A stretch of DNA of 64,000 nucleotides from Catajapyx aquilonaris (Eukaryota), in NCBI GenBank assembly GCA_000934665.2, contig KZ537980.1, positions 62,001 to 126,000 on the forward strand. Reading direction: 5' to 3'. Each line of letters starts with the position of its first letter. Position 1 is the first letter of the stretch. The position numbers and the translations under genes were made by a program. The notes under the pieces were generated by a model. That model worked only from the letters and a program-made list of their open reading frames with translations. It searched no databases and had not been told where the DNA came from. This document shows, piece by piece, positions 13,101 through 28,100 of this stretch.

Positions 13101-16100
13101 CCTTCAGGAGGCCTTGCATTTGCTAAATTAAAAAGCCCTCTTCCGCCCAACAAACGCTACACCACCTTTTTCAGGCTGGAATACCTAGAAACCGCTTTAG
13201 AGAATCGGCGCCCTCCCTCTGTTCAACCTTAATCGGTTCTAGTCTGTACACTCTACTAAATCAATTCTGGCCTACATGAATAACAGGACATTTTTTATTC
13301 TATTAAGTCACTCGCATGCAGTGTTAACGTACAATGGGGTCCTACCCTTGACCTGGGATTTGGGTAATTTGTACACGAATAGCTCAACCATACATATAAA
13401 CCTACATTCCACCACTTTTCGGCACCAAAATGTCATTCCTCGATATATTGTCTGGGGTTTAAAAGTCACTCGAAAATTGGCGGAAAAAACGGGACGCGTG
13501 GCCTCGGACAACAGTGACGTCAGAGGGCAATACGATACCGTATAATTATTATGATCTTAGATCGATCCTAGCTCGAAAACTAATATTTATTTCTTCAAAC
13601 AAAAAAGACCAAAATTCTTTTAAAAATAAGGACGGTGTTTTACATGGGTTTGCAAAATGTAGGCTAGGACCCCATTGAATCACGCATCGACTGACTATAG
13701 TTAAACGCAATTACCCATGACGTTTCACGTGTCGCAAATGTCCATGTCGCTTTGTCAAAATGCAGGTAAACAATAATTGACACACCTGTCCGTAAAAAAG
13801 GCATCAGCGTGACATGGGTGACAAGTCGCTTTATGTTCGACTGAATATAATTAACAAGAGGATAACAATGAAATTACTAAATGAAATCCCAGGTTGCTGC
13901 AGCCTCTCAACGCTTGATGGTCATGTCCATATACCTTCACCCATCAATCCAATTTTTCAAATCAGCTTCGATGTTACAGGGAATCGCACACCAAAAAAAA
14001 ATCTATTTGTGCAGCCGGGTTTTTAATCGAAACGCGGTTGATTACGCGGCGCTCAACAGGGATCGGAAATGATAAAGATTTGATTTTTCGACAACCGCCC
14101 CCTAATCAACGCAATTTATTATCCCGGCCCATCAATTTACCGGACGTGATCTATCCCCTTCACCCGACCAGGACCATGTCACCCGTACACAGTCTCTGAC
14201 GCGACGCTTTCCACTAGTAAATTCATATTATTTTCACTACATCGCCGGAAATGAATGAAAACAAATGCTTCGGCTGCCATGAAAATCCGGCCAGCGTCCC
14301 TCTAAGCCTCATAACGAAAAGGTAATCCTGTCAAATCTGTTGATGACCGAATTGAATATCGTTAGTCGATATGTCACGCGCACGTTATACGTGTGCCCAT
14401 ATAACCACAGGTATATACACATTTTTTGTGTGATGGATAACAAAATTAATGAGCGCTCCATTAACCACGCTGTATTTTGTGACAGTAAATCAAAAAAATC
14501 GACCCTCTCTGCCTGGCCCAATGTGTACATGGGGCCGAATAAATCCACATAAGGCAATGATTACTCCTCCTTGCATATATCAGCATGCGTGATGAGGGCA
14601 GCTCCCCTAAGCTCCAGCCATGCATCAGAAAGTAACCATCTAATTCTGGCGCTGACATGTAAGCCTCCCGATGACACGCAGCATTCCCTATCTTCGATAT
14701 ACCCGCGGCCACTCCTTAATTGGACGGCTATCGTGATCCTCACCAGATGCATAATTTACTCTCAGTGATATCGCCATGAAACACCCCTGCTGCAACCGGA
14801 GGCAAAATATGGATGCGAGTGCAGATTTCACAATAAGCTGCCTGAATCATTACGAAACACCCTGTACCAACCGAGCACAGTCGGCCTTTAACAATTGTTA
14901 TTTTTGAGCTGGAGCTACAGCAGGTAAAGGCCACTGTTTCTAAAAGCAAGTATACATTCAAAAGATTTTATTTTAAAAATAACATGGTCCATTACTCTCC
15001 GGATATCGAGTTCATGCAGCAGCCAGGAACAACATCTACATCATTACCATCATTATGTAAATTGTGGAGATTCCGAAACGTGCGTGCAGGTAATGCAATG
15101 TAAAAGCATGCATATCGAAAGGGAGACCGCGAGAGGAGCACTAAATCCGACCTCGCCACTCATTTTCAGTTTGTGCCCCCCGATCCTTGATTAATGCAAA
15201 GTCTCTTGAAATCCCCGAGGCGTGAGAAGAGTCTATCTTATCGCAAATCGATTCGGATTCTACTTATAAAAGTCGATCACACCGCGTCACAAATTGTCCT
15301 TTCAAACTGTTCCAGACAAGGCCTTATATAGGACACGACTATTTTTCTGCAAATTATAAGAATAAACATATTTTTTTTCCAGCGGTCTCATATCGAGGAT
15401 TATCCGGCGTTGACCATGCAGTTTATATTTCCCCATAACGTACACAATTCTGCTGCGTGTAATTACATGTAGCCCGGTCGCAAACAAAAAGCTGATTTTT
15501 GTGCTCATGGTTATTTCATTGAATCCTAAATTCCAGGGCGTCTGGGAAAATTTCAACCAGCAGATACGGTCCGACCCACAGCCATTATGGACAACAGCTC
15601 GGGGAAACGGATGACAAAGGCTGCATCTGATGATGGAAGAGTCATGAAAGAGTAAAGGATATGGTAGGGGGGGGGGGGAGACCCCCCTCTAACAACTGGC
15701 TAGTCCACGAGGTTGAGGCCAAAGTGACTCGGGTTTGCCTTTGATGTTACCTCCTGTGATCCTCCATTCAAGAGGACACATATGCCTTCAGTCTTTCATC
15801 CATTTTGCAAACACAAAATATGAGCAGAACTTTGCATCCCTTCTATAAGCGAATATTAGAAGAGATAACTACCCTAACTTTTTTATCAAGTGGAGTCTAT
15901 TCACGAGCCCTTTTTTTTGCTTCCAAAATGGCTGCGTCACCGTTGTATCCCCGGACGTAATTATAACGACAGGCTTTATGAAAGTTCACAACCCAAAAAT
16001 ACAACACAAAAAAACAGACCCTACCTGGTTGTATCGGCGTCAAAGCGCGGTATCCCGTCAATAGCATCCCGCACAAAGTGACTTCGCTTTTCACCCCAGA

Positions 16101-19100
16101 AAGAGTTTTATTTGCAAGCTCAAAGACAAACACCATCAACCATCCGCCCTGTTTATGGGCTTTGAAAAGTGCCAGTTACATACTGCTAATTATATATTTG
16201 TGGTGTTTTGATGGACGTTGCTGTTTATATTTTTTTGGGGTCCTGCCGCCCCTGAACAATGATCCTCAAAGTGCACTCTACATTGACCGCGTCCACATGT
16301 TATAATGGTAGACAGCAGCATTTCATGCCCGATTTGTTTATGCCTATGCACAGCAAGAAAAAGGTTCAGTTCCTGGCCATGATTTTACGGTGTTTGCTGT
16401 GCTTGGAAAAGTTTGAGGGCAGCAGGCCACACCCATGAAAAATATCAGCAGCTCATCTCTGAACCCTTCACCAACTTCATAAATACCACCCAAAACACGT
16501 TCCACACTGCTGATTGGCATTAATTCAGCACAAAGTTGGTCTATTAGGATTTATACCCCCTCACGAAAGCCTCAAGTTCGCATGGGTGGTTTTGTTGAAT
16601 AGCTGTCGAGGTGAGGGGTTGTGGGATGGAGTAAAGGGGGGCAAAAGGAAAATTATGTCAACATCCATGGCTACTAACAAAGCATCCGTCCCAACATGTA
16701 ATGCAAAACAGCACTCAACAGGCAGAGAAGCATATCATCCGGCTCAGATATATTGATGAGATGCAGCAGGCGACTTGTATAAGCAACTCATTTTGCGTCG
16801 GGGAGTTTTCATGCAAATATGCCTGCACGAGAGATATCCAGGGACCGTCTTTCTGTGCGGCTGCTGCCAATGTAAAGAGCTCATGAAAGTAAAATCAGGC
16901 AATTATGAGCCATTTACCTGCACGAATATTGGCCAAAAAATACCAATAAGTATCATTATAAGCTACTTTTATGAAACAATCTGAATCCCCTCAAATATTT
17001 CAAGAGGGAAATTTGAAACTCATTATACCTCCTGTTCATTAGCACTTTCCATTCTTGGAAGTATGTCATTATCACATAATATCATTATTCTCCAAAATGC
17101 TTGCAAGATAATGACTTGAAATCTTTGACGAGCATTTTCCTGAAATAACCGTCTAATGTGCACACTAAATTACAAAGCATTAATTAATTACGACGTCTTG
17201 TAAGGTGCACCCGTATATCATTAAGCAATAAACTGTGAGGACTGAAAATAGTTTCAAAACACGATACATATGAAATTAATTTTTGGCAGTTTATTTTATC
17301 GTATTAGCCTTTTTATTGTTCGACGATTTCACCTCATAAAATGTAAAACCCGCGTGTGCAGAATTCCGCACGTCAGTTATTTTTTCCCACCCTTTCCCCC
17401 CCCCCCCCCATCGGATTTATCTACTAACATCCTTACAAGTTATGAACTGCGCCATTGTGGCAATCTGTTACAGAGCTAGGCCGCATTATCCCCCCGCTGA
17501 AAAAAGTCACGCTTTGCTTCGCGTTTACATTGTAACGGCTTAATAATACTCCCCGAGTGGCGACGTAAACAAAAGGACTGGAGCAGATTTGAAAGCATCA
17601 ATAAACGTCAAATGACGCCATCCAGTATATCACTCTCTAGTTCTGTGCAGCAGATATGCAATTCCCCCCCTCCCCTTCTACCCTCTGTTCCCCAACCATC
17701 CTACCCCTCCCTAGACTTTTTATTGGCTGCGAACAGTCAGAAAAAGGTTTTGATGGCCGGGTCTTGGCTCTGGAAACGCAAGACATAACGGCGTGCTAAA
17801 TTACTCACCTGCAATTACACACGAAATGGAATTCAGCTGTTAACCGGGGAGGCTGCCAGCGCGTTAATTCGCAGATAGAACACTAATCACGAAATTCCGG
17901 GCGCAGATACATCTCCTCGAAACGAGCCTCTCCGGAAAGTCCATATTCAGATGGACCCCGGTGTTATGTTGTCATTACAACTCCCGGGTGTAATTCGGCA
18001 CCTTTCCTCATTAATCCGGGTGGGGCACCTATGGAATGACCTGTCTTGTGTCCCCGCAGCTGTGTCCTTCCTTTCCCCCAAAAAAGGGACAGAGCAGTCG
18101 GTGCAATTTACGCTGTGCAAGAAACCCTGTCCCCACAAGCACGCTCTCTCATTTGCGGATTTCTAGCGACACTAATTGGAGACGAATCGCCGAGCCACAG
18201 GAGGGGGGTGGACATGTCCAGGTCGTAACTCATCGCTGAATCGCCTCCCCAAATGGTAATGATGCTTCAAGCAGCCTTCAAGTAGCGCATGAATATTACG
18301 GATGCGGTGTCGCATACAGAACCGAGTCATTGCCTGCAATTTGGGTGCTGGTGTAATCCCCCCCCCCTCCAAACACCCAAGAAGGAAGCTCCATTTGGTG
18401 CTGGCTCCAGAGAGGAACATAATTCTGCTTACTCCATCAAGATTGCCTCTGAATCCATCCAATACTTGTAAAATATCAATATACGTACGTAACGATCGGC
18501 TGTTTCCAATCACTCTTACCTTCCCAAAAACAGAATTCCCCATTCGAGTGTTCTTTTGGGAGGAAACAAATCAGTTATTCCATTCAATTTCTGCACTTGA
18601 TTGCCCCGCCAGTAAGTGGGGCTTATTGTATCACGTCTTCGATTGGGTAGCCTCCAAAGAGGTCTGCTCGTCGTAAGGGCTTCTTCTCCGCAATTACCTT
18701 CCACAATGCACAAAAGAAACTAATCAGCAATATTGAGAACAAAGAGCCCGGCAAGGCTGCAATCCTGGTAGGAACCGAATGCCAATCATTTATTTTTATC
18801 CGTGGTTTCATCATGTCTGATATATCTTCATTTCAGAGCCAGGGGTGGGGGCGGGTTCTTTGAGCCTAGGCAACTTGTGCAAAACACACCCGCTGCTCGT
18901 GGATATTTCATGAATAAATCAAGAGCCAGATTCTAATATCACAGTAACCACCTGCTGCCAAACGCGTCACATATTGGATTATTTTCCGTGCAGAGATTAT
19001 GCCAAATTGGCATTCATTACTGCGCAAGGACAACTAACGGCCTATAAAACATATCAGTGTATTAAATTTTATGAGCGGATTAAAAATAGTCGAGCCATGA

Positions 19101-22100
19101 AAACGGGCCAGCCTTATACTGCCAGGGCCATTAATGTTCAACAAGCGAAATTAAACATAACCGACACAACTCGTGTCAGTACGCGGATAAAATTGATCCA
19201 CGAATTAACTCAAACCTGCTTGAACTATCTGCACTATCAATTTGGGACGAAAAAGGGCAGTTGGCAGCTTTAAAAAGCTTATAGTCGACAAATGACCCAG
19301 CTTAGTTTTCATAAAAGTGCAATTACCTTACACAGCGTGACTTGTTAAGGATCACTACAAAGGTTATCCTGGTAACATTACAATCACATTGCTTGCTAAA
19401 AAAAACCATTATATAATAAAACCAAATACAAGTAATGGTGTGATGAAATACTATTGTAATTACTAACTTCAATTAAGTGGACCACATATAGGCACATAGC
19501 TGCTGCTATATATAGTTTCTAGAAGAATGCAAAATAAAATGTGCTTTAAAAAGCAGAGTAACGATGATGGCATATTATCATATTTGCAATATGCAGCAGG
19601 CAGGGCTATAAAAACGCGATTATTTTCAGTCACTAGGGCAGTATATCATTACCCTACCTTCTTTGCATTTCCCCCTTTATGCTTTTTATACTCTCTTTGA
19701 ATAAGAAGAAACTTTAAACTTCTGTAGTAAAAGCTATCAACTCCTCATTTCTATAAAAAGTTAGCCATCAGTAGAATTAATTATGCAGTATATGCATACA
19801 ATATCTGAAGACTTCTTCCTCGTGAAAGACGACAGAAAAAAAGCGCGTTTGAAGAGTGACGATTTGTCACCACGTCAAACGAGGTGACAAAAATATAATG
19901 GAAACTTCCCTCTTGAATGAATCTGAAATTATATACGCCGCATATAAGAGGGGACCAGTGGTTCGCCACATTGGCTCCCACCCCGTTTCGGGCTGTATTT
20001 TAAGCGGAAAAACTCTTCTTTTTCTGTCCCCCCCGGGAGAAAGGGAGGGAGGGGGGTGCTTCTCAAGCCATCCCAGCTACTTCTATCTCTTTTTCCGGAT
20101 CCTGGGATGAGGATGGAAAGCGGCCTTCCTTGCCAAGAAAGAGCATTAGCCACGCTCCACCGGACAAAACAAAGCCAAGTCATGTGAGACATTTTCCGAC
20201 CTAATGCCATAGACTCCCCCCAGCTCTTCTCCTACCCCAACTCTTCAGAGTTTCTCTCCCCCACTGTACCCTAACCCCCTTGCGAAAAAGGGGGGGCCCC
20301 ACTTTCAGCAGACTCCGGCATTTTGCGCCCAGGGATCTCTCTTGCCGCAAACTAGTGAACAAGACGCCATTGCAAGCGCCAGGGTCCTAAACAAACTGCC
20401 TCCTCTTACTTTGCACATTACAAGGCTAACTTTTCAGCTAAGGGGAGGGAAAGAGAAAAGTTCCTATCTGCAAAAACTAGCCAGCTAAACTCGAAATCTG
20501 GCGATCAAAACCTGCAAACCGAATTGTTCAACTATATATGGAGTTCTGTCAATTCAGCACAGTGATGCGGTGCATAAAGTTGGCACGCAAAGAATGCTCA
20601 TTAGACTTTGACAACAACCGACAACATCAGCATCGGCGATTTTTATCGCTGTCACATGCTTTTTAAAGAGCGATGACTTTGTAACAATATTTGCTAATTA
20701 GACCCTGCTTTCAAAAGGAATTTAAAGAGACGAAATTACACGAATGGACTTGCAACAATGATGAATTATTTTACGAGAGATGGTGCAGCAATAGAAACCT
20801 CAGCTCATTGCCATCCGAAGCCCAAATAATTGTTCAGTTACACCGGACATGACAGCATATCCTGCACTGACTTCTCCAATTCAAGCCCTTACATTTTGAC
20901 GTGACGATTACATTTTCAGACACAGTCAATAACTACCGGCAATCCCTTCCTGTCTCTCCCTATATATTGCATGAGCGCCCTTTGGAGATGCAACCAATTT
21001 GTAGTAGCAGCAGAGGCACTCAGACTGGTGCTGGTGGAAGGGGGGAAAAAAGCTGTGTAGGAAAGGGTGCAACGGCAGCCAGCAACCCAACTAGCACTAT
21101 TCCAATTTTCGGCCGAAAGTAGATTTAACCGGAAGGCTGAAATATTGGCTCCGGGAGGAATTGTCTATCAGGAGTCCTGACAAGCGCCGCCGATAAATGA
21201 GCGGAACGAAAAAGGGGAGCCGTGTTTTAAGCTGAAGGCCGGACCTCAAACGCGCTCCCCCACTTTCCATCATCGATAACGGCCTCCAAAGGGCCCAGCC
21301 TAGCTTGAATTTTAATATCGATGCCATCGATCTCCGCCTCTCGTCTGCAACACTGCTCTCAGAATCAGCATCTCGCCTTATATCCCCCACCCGCCGTCTC
21401 AAATTATGCATTCCATCTATCCCACCCAGAATCGAACCCATTGCCACCCATCCAGTCAGTGACTGCTGGGTGTAGATGTAATTTTTTATTTACATTTTAC
21501 ATTTTAAAATTTAAATAGATTCCAGGGATTGCTCAGGATTTTGCCTATTTTTTATTCCGGCTGCAGCACCGGGATAATCAATTTTGTGTCAACACAATGC
21601 GCGTAACATCAAATGTCTTGTAAACGTCAGGTCAAAACTAATTAAAGTATATGGCGTTAATTAAACTTGATGAATTTTTCATCCCCCCCCCCCCCTCCCT
21701 AGTGATAAATGGTTCGGTTTTCTGACGAGCTTGAAAAAAGGATTACTGTGCCTTTAAAAACGGATGAAATATTACCGAGGGACAGCATTATTGAGTTTTA
21801 AACTTCGAATTATTAACCCCCTTTCAGGAACATCGCTTATCTTTATTTGCAAAAATAAGCCGCGCATGATTCTGCATCTGCCATGTGGATCCATGGCATC
21901 CAAAAAACTTTGATGGATTTCCCCGCTTCCATCCCATTCATCCTGCCAGCTACGCAACCAAATTGACTCCCATGTACTGCAGGCTTGTTGCAGGAGCGAA
22001 TATGCGCCACACAAAAAAAAACGATCGTGCATGGGAGGCATGTGAACACAGTCACGTATGTCTGGGTCATAAAAACACAAGATGTGCCGTGAAGCGTCAA

Positions 22101-25100
22101 GTAAGTTCAACCGTATAAGCCGCCTTTCAAAATTACTAGAGCGCTACTCCATTCTGTACATATCAAGCCGACCTATAAAGCCGACAGTACTTATGGGCCT
22201 GGGGAAGAACAGAAAATATAGAGCAGCACTGATTAATGTCAGAACATCAGACGGGCCTTCCATCTCTTGTTGTTTTTTTTCGCCAATTTTTTTGGGGAGT
22301 CTCAGGTAGGCCATGAAGGAGCCTAACCTTGTTAAATTTCCTTCCTCGGGATGATCTTATTTATGGTTGGCTCCTGGCTGCGCCAACTTCATTACCTTTC
22401 CCCGAACTCCCGAGATGCAGCACAAACCGGCACCACTAACTAATGAGATGCTTTCGCAACAACTATACTGCGCTTCTTCCCGAAGAAGAAGCCTCTTTTC
22501 TTTCAGATAAGGGGGGGAAAGGAATTCTGAATGCAATACTGAGGACCCGAGCCCTCCCCAAACGTTTCCAGGTCAGAGAGGGTTACGCAATTTCAACCTA
22601 AGCAGTACTGTACTATGTGGAGCAGGATCAAGCACCTTGCACTGTAGGAGAAAATGACGTTGTTCGTGGCTGTGGTAACAATGGCCTCTGCCCAGGATGA
22701 AAGCGGCAGCGATGTTTTCAATTCAATAATTATAATAGCAAATTTAATACCATGCCACATTCTGGGGTTGCATTGATCATTTTAAAACACAGTTTAATGC
22801 AGACGCGCATTAGTCCAGTAGCTGCACCATAAAACAATAAGAGTGCGTAACACCGCAGTCCATTGCATAATGTGGTAATTTGGTGGCTTTCTGGTACATA
22901 TTGTACAGTGTGTTATACCGTACATGTGTGGCGCGCCTATTCAAAAAGTATGATTGTTCCAAAATTCTGGCCTTTATCATCCAAAAAGTCGCACCTTTAA
23001 CAACTAGCAATTAAAATGTGACTCCAGCACATTCTATTATTGGGAATTCAGCGGATGCTTTACCAGAAATATGCGAAACTGATCAGTTCCTCATTGAATG
23101 TTTTCATAAATAGTCTCCAGCACAAATACAAAAGTTCAGATATACTGACCTCTCGCACGCAACAATGACTGCAACAATGCGAAGGAGTGAAGGACCCACA
23201 AATCACTGTACCTGTAAAAGAAACAAAGCCTATAAGAGCATAAATCACACGAAAAATGGGGTCACTCTAACGAGTAAGTCTAAAAGCATGCAGGTTTATC
23301 TGTCAAGCTTGAAAAATGGCACACATCGAGCCCACATTTATCCCTAAGCAGCACAGCATTTTGCCAATATTTCTGAGCGATCACGTCAGAGTCAATCTTG
23401 ATTTAGGTCTCCCCCCCCCCCTGCGCAACGTAACAATGTCAAACAAGCTGTAAGCGTCAGAAGGGCATTTTCCGATGGCATTGTTAAACAAGTAAGCTAT
23501 CCCCGATTCCCCGTTTCCCGCATATAATGATCAATACATGTTGTGTGAACATATTGGACGTGATTTTTAATCACGAGGCCACCACATAAATCAGGCTGAA
23601 GAGGCGGCCTGTTTGGGAAGCACTCGTTTGTCACGTTGGAAGCAGCATATCATAATTTACTCTGGGAGCTAAACGTGTCGCCCCTAATGTGGTCACCGCG
23701 TAGGGCAATCGCTCGCCCATTTCATCTTACGCCTGGTATCGAAAGGCTTAGTGACCCTCGCACACTACTAAATGCCTGGTCATATTTCATTGCTCCCGGA
23801 TTGCTCACTCCTAATAGTAATTACGACAAAATGCAGGTTCCGACAGAATTAGGGCCGATGGAACTAGATTACCCGGGATCCCCTACTTAGCCTGTGGTTT
23901 TGTGCAGTTTTTTTCCCCCGAGGTGCGTTTTAGTAGTCATTGGCCACGATATATACTGTAGGACAGTTCCAGACAAACAAACTATTATCATGGTCTCAAC
24001 AGGTGAAGGCATGCTTAAAATTACAAATTACGACAATAAAAAACATTGTCCAACCTGTTTTGATAAAGAGAGAAAACTGTACTGCAGTGATCAGAGGGAA
24101 ATGTCCTGAAGGTATAATGATGATGGCAGAGTAATTGAAAGCGTATGCTCTAATGACAACTATTATTTGATGTGCCATTAAATACACTAATTATATTACC
24201 ACGTATCAATATGGCATTGTAATACAATATTACAATTACGTTACAGAATATTAATTACGCAAAGTTATGGTAATGTAATAGCGTGTAGTATATAATATGT
24301 AATTCCGCTGCGTCAGTGCATCCCTCTGTGTAATTTGCTGTAAAAAGAATATTACTTTAGCAAAATATATGCAGAGCTCTCCAGTGTAATCAAAGTCAGG
24401 GCTATAGAGCTTCTGGCAAAATCACACGCCGACACCCGGCCTTATAAATGGGGCCCAGTGCATAATAAATTGCAATCGCAAAATTCATTTCCCAGCAAGT
24501 AAGGGGTGGAAAAATACATGTTTTCCAGGAAGAAATTTTCCCAGTCTCATCAATCAATGGACGGAAGTCTTAAATTCCCAGGCTGCTCGGGCAAAAATGA
24601 TATGGAATGGAGAGCAAGAAGAAGGAGGGAATGAAGCCTCGGGAGGAAAAATTCAAATCCGATCTGAGGCCCTCGCAATTCCAAGTGCAGAGCACATGTC
24701 TCAATCCAAATGAAGAGGATGTTGGGCATATCCGACCAAGGAAAATAAATCAATCTTTTCGAGTCCCGAGATGCTCGTACATCACGCCAGCGCTCCATTC
24801 TCCATTCTCCCTCCCTAATTCCACTGGACCCTTGGGGATTGTTCCTGTGCTGGGAATGAATTCCCTCTGATTGCAGCCAAAAAAGGGACCACCCTGGAAA
24901 GGAGATCCACACTGCCAAACACGTACACCACTAACAATCGCCATTTATTGCTCCTCCATCCATCTCAAAACTTTCTCGGATCCGTTCAAGAAGGGAGCAT
25001 TTACCGCAAAAGCCTTCAGACGTGATTTAAACAACTTACTTCTGAAGCATTCGATTCACGTATTTTTTCGGTTATTAGCAAGACTTAATTAGTTCAGCTG

Positions 25101-28100
25101 GTTTTTAATACACGTGCGGGTTGAACCATCGCATTTTTATTGGGTAATTTATCTCTATAAAGTAGATCGCAAAAGGAAATATTGGCGCTGCTAGCCGCCA
25201 CATTTGTGTTACAAATTCTGCTGGAAATTTTCCGACTAAATCTATTTTGGCCCAGTGGCAATAAAGTTAACCTCAATAATTAATTTGGTAACAAACGGTA
25301 TTGTTCTTCTTGTCCTTGCTTGGCCCAAAGTGTCCCATGATTCACAGTGCTTGTTTCGAAAATGGGCGTTGTTTTGTAAAGGTGATATTTGCGGTTGAGA
25401 CTCTGAGTGTAATGAGTATGAGAAGACGCTCCGGCTCCGCACGTTTCTAATTAAAAGCGAGATGCGGAAGGGACCGCTAATTATGAGGTAATAATTTGAC
25501 TACTCCCTCAGGTATAGCGTCGACTGCTGGCGCCTTCCATCAAAACCCCTTCCCCGATTAGCAGCCCCAAGTTTCTTGGCCAATCATCAATACCACCAGA
25601 GCGTGCTTCCTGCTTTAGTCAAGCCTATTAATACAGGGTGTTCCCAAATGGATTGTATCCCGCGGGGGAATGCACGCCTTTATCAGTAAATTATTGAAAT
25701 TGTGGGAGATGTTTACCATTCAGGACGATGCATGCTCCAAGCCACTAGTTTTACGGTGACATTCTGAATGTATGTAAATGGTATTGAACCCAATTCTGAC
25801 AGCCACGTGGCAGCAATATGTAGCGTGAATATTCATGCTGTGAAACGAAAAGAATGATATGTCGCACTTCACCGCAGATTTCTCACAAAGTTGTCATGTG
25901 GCATATAGGTCGATATATACTCACATCCAGGCCATGTCCTAACTGAAGTTCATGACAAAACAATTATTTGTCAGAATCGCCTTTTGCAGTGGTGCATACG
26001 CATTACTTCATTGTATACCCTGTATGTCAATAACATCAATACATGCTCCATGCATAAAATATCAGTTCTCCTGGCATGAAAACCCCGTAATGATATGTCA
26101 CGTGTTGTCTGAACTTGGGCTTCGTGTTCAACACCCCTCAAGAAAATGGTTCAAGAAATAGTCAGCACACCATCATGCATGCTGCCCCTGCTAAACTTCC
26201 AATATGCTAATAAAAGGTCAGCAGGAAAGGGGTGGGGAGGAGGGGGCCAAAAAAAAAGTTCGCAATTGGATATATTGGCGATCACAGTTCGTGCAAGACC
26301 GGTCACAAAGTTTTCCAAGTAGATTAGGGCCGCGGTAGGCAGGAGACGTGATTATTTACGGCCTTTGAGTAGTGTAGCGTGGATTCGATTTCCTTGAGCG
26401 TGGTTGTGCCCGGGATCAATTTGCAGTTATTTGGAGAGCAACATTCGGCTCAGGAGGAAGATCGCCTTCCCAGTGCCCCTTCCATTTGCAGGAAATGGAA
26501 AAGACTAGAGGGTAACAAATTCCATCAGGCTGCGCTTCGGGGGTGTATGAACAGAGGAGGGGTTGCTGAGGGGACCCCTGCATTTAGATCACAAACTCCT
26601 CCACGCTGCCGAGAACTATCCTACAACCATGTTCCAACACTGTTATCCACTCTCAAGTTCACGATAATCTTGCACTATCCTGTTTTGCTCCCACACAAAT
26701 ACCAGGAGGCCATAAAGAGAAGCGGAAAACATCCAGAGTTTCAGATCAAATTTTCTTGCAGAAACCTGTTAAAAACATCCTGTCAGGAAATTAAATTAAA
26801 TGAAAGCCTACATGTTTCAGTATCAGTTTACTGAGACGTACGCTTCTGAGGGATGTTACATGTCAATACACTTTACCATGTACAGTGTGCCCCCAGCCAA
26901 ATTCAAACCCTGTCGCGTTTTCTTTATGCACCTGCATAAGTAAGTCCCGCATTCGAAATCAGCGCTTTGAAAATCACATTTTCCAGAGAACCCCGCCTGG
27001 ATTTTCGTCCCAGAAAGCTGCAGCACGTCGACTAAACCTTCACATGCACACATCCAGGTGACATTTTACTGCTGCCCAGGTGACAGGCGCATTGTGGGAG
27101 GCGAAAAGAGATGTTTTCCCCCGTAGACCCAAAAAGCAGGAGACGAATCCTCGCGTGCTGCAACTCCTGTATTAGGAAACAAAAGGTGGAGCCACGCCGG
27201 CCAGAACCTCAACCTAACTAATGGTTTCGAAATTTCATTTGTCACCTGCTGCACTAACTGCCAGGAGCTCCGGCAAAATGTGATTATTTGCGCCCGGTTT
27301 GTGACAACTTCGCCCACGGAATATGAAATAAGGAGGGCTCCAGATAACGGCTCCGGCGCACAACAAAATCCGCGGGGGTTGTGTATAAGATACGAGTATG
27401 GGCTGCTGCCCCTGGTCGGAATTAACCTTATTACTTGCACATTACGACAGACACATAATTACTGATGCCTGATCAATACAATCCTGCCTGCGCAGGACTC
27501 GTATACATATTTTTTATTGAATACAAAAAAAATATGTACGGCTCACTTGAACCCGAGCGTGATCCGGGAGTGTAAATTTCCGCTACCGAAAATCACACTG
27601 AGAGGCTACTTTTTCACCTGACCCCCCCTACCGCCTGTAAATAAATGACACTCGCTTTGGGCCGAATTTAGAAGCCAGTACTAATGGCGTGGGAATTCTT
27701 TCGTTACGGGAGACGCCGCGAGATTGCGATGGATTCAAAAAGGAAAATAGTAGAAGCCTCCATTAAGGGTAAGGGAGCCTAGAACATGGGCCTGGGCTAT
27801 TGCCTTGTCAAGATCGTCGGAAAATTGGGCTTTAATTAGGGCTCCACATCCAGGTGGACACGGCTTTCCAGAATGGCTTTTCACATAGGCGGGCGCCGGG
27901 TGATTAATTATTCACCAGCTGATGGATTAGTCGATCATGGTGGAAAATTGGTTTCATTTAAGTCAACCCCAAGCTCTCGTCGGATATAAGGTGAAGGAGA
28001 AAGGCCGTGCCCCGTCCTGTGCTCTCAGCGTTATTCGTCGGTGTTATCCTAAATCTACTTTATAGCTGGTTCTGAGCTTGCAGCAAGGGGAGCGTCAAAA

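Noticed and set aside
14854..25646. Mariner-like end words GAAACACCCTGTA (14854) and TACAGGGTGTTCCC (25633)
   Set aside because: They face outward, are only ~12 bp, and no transposase remnant is nearby, so they cannot be called an element.
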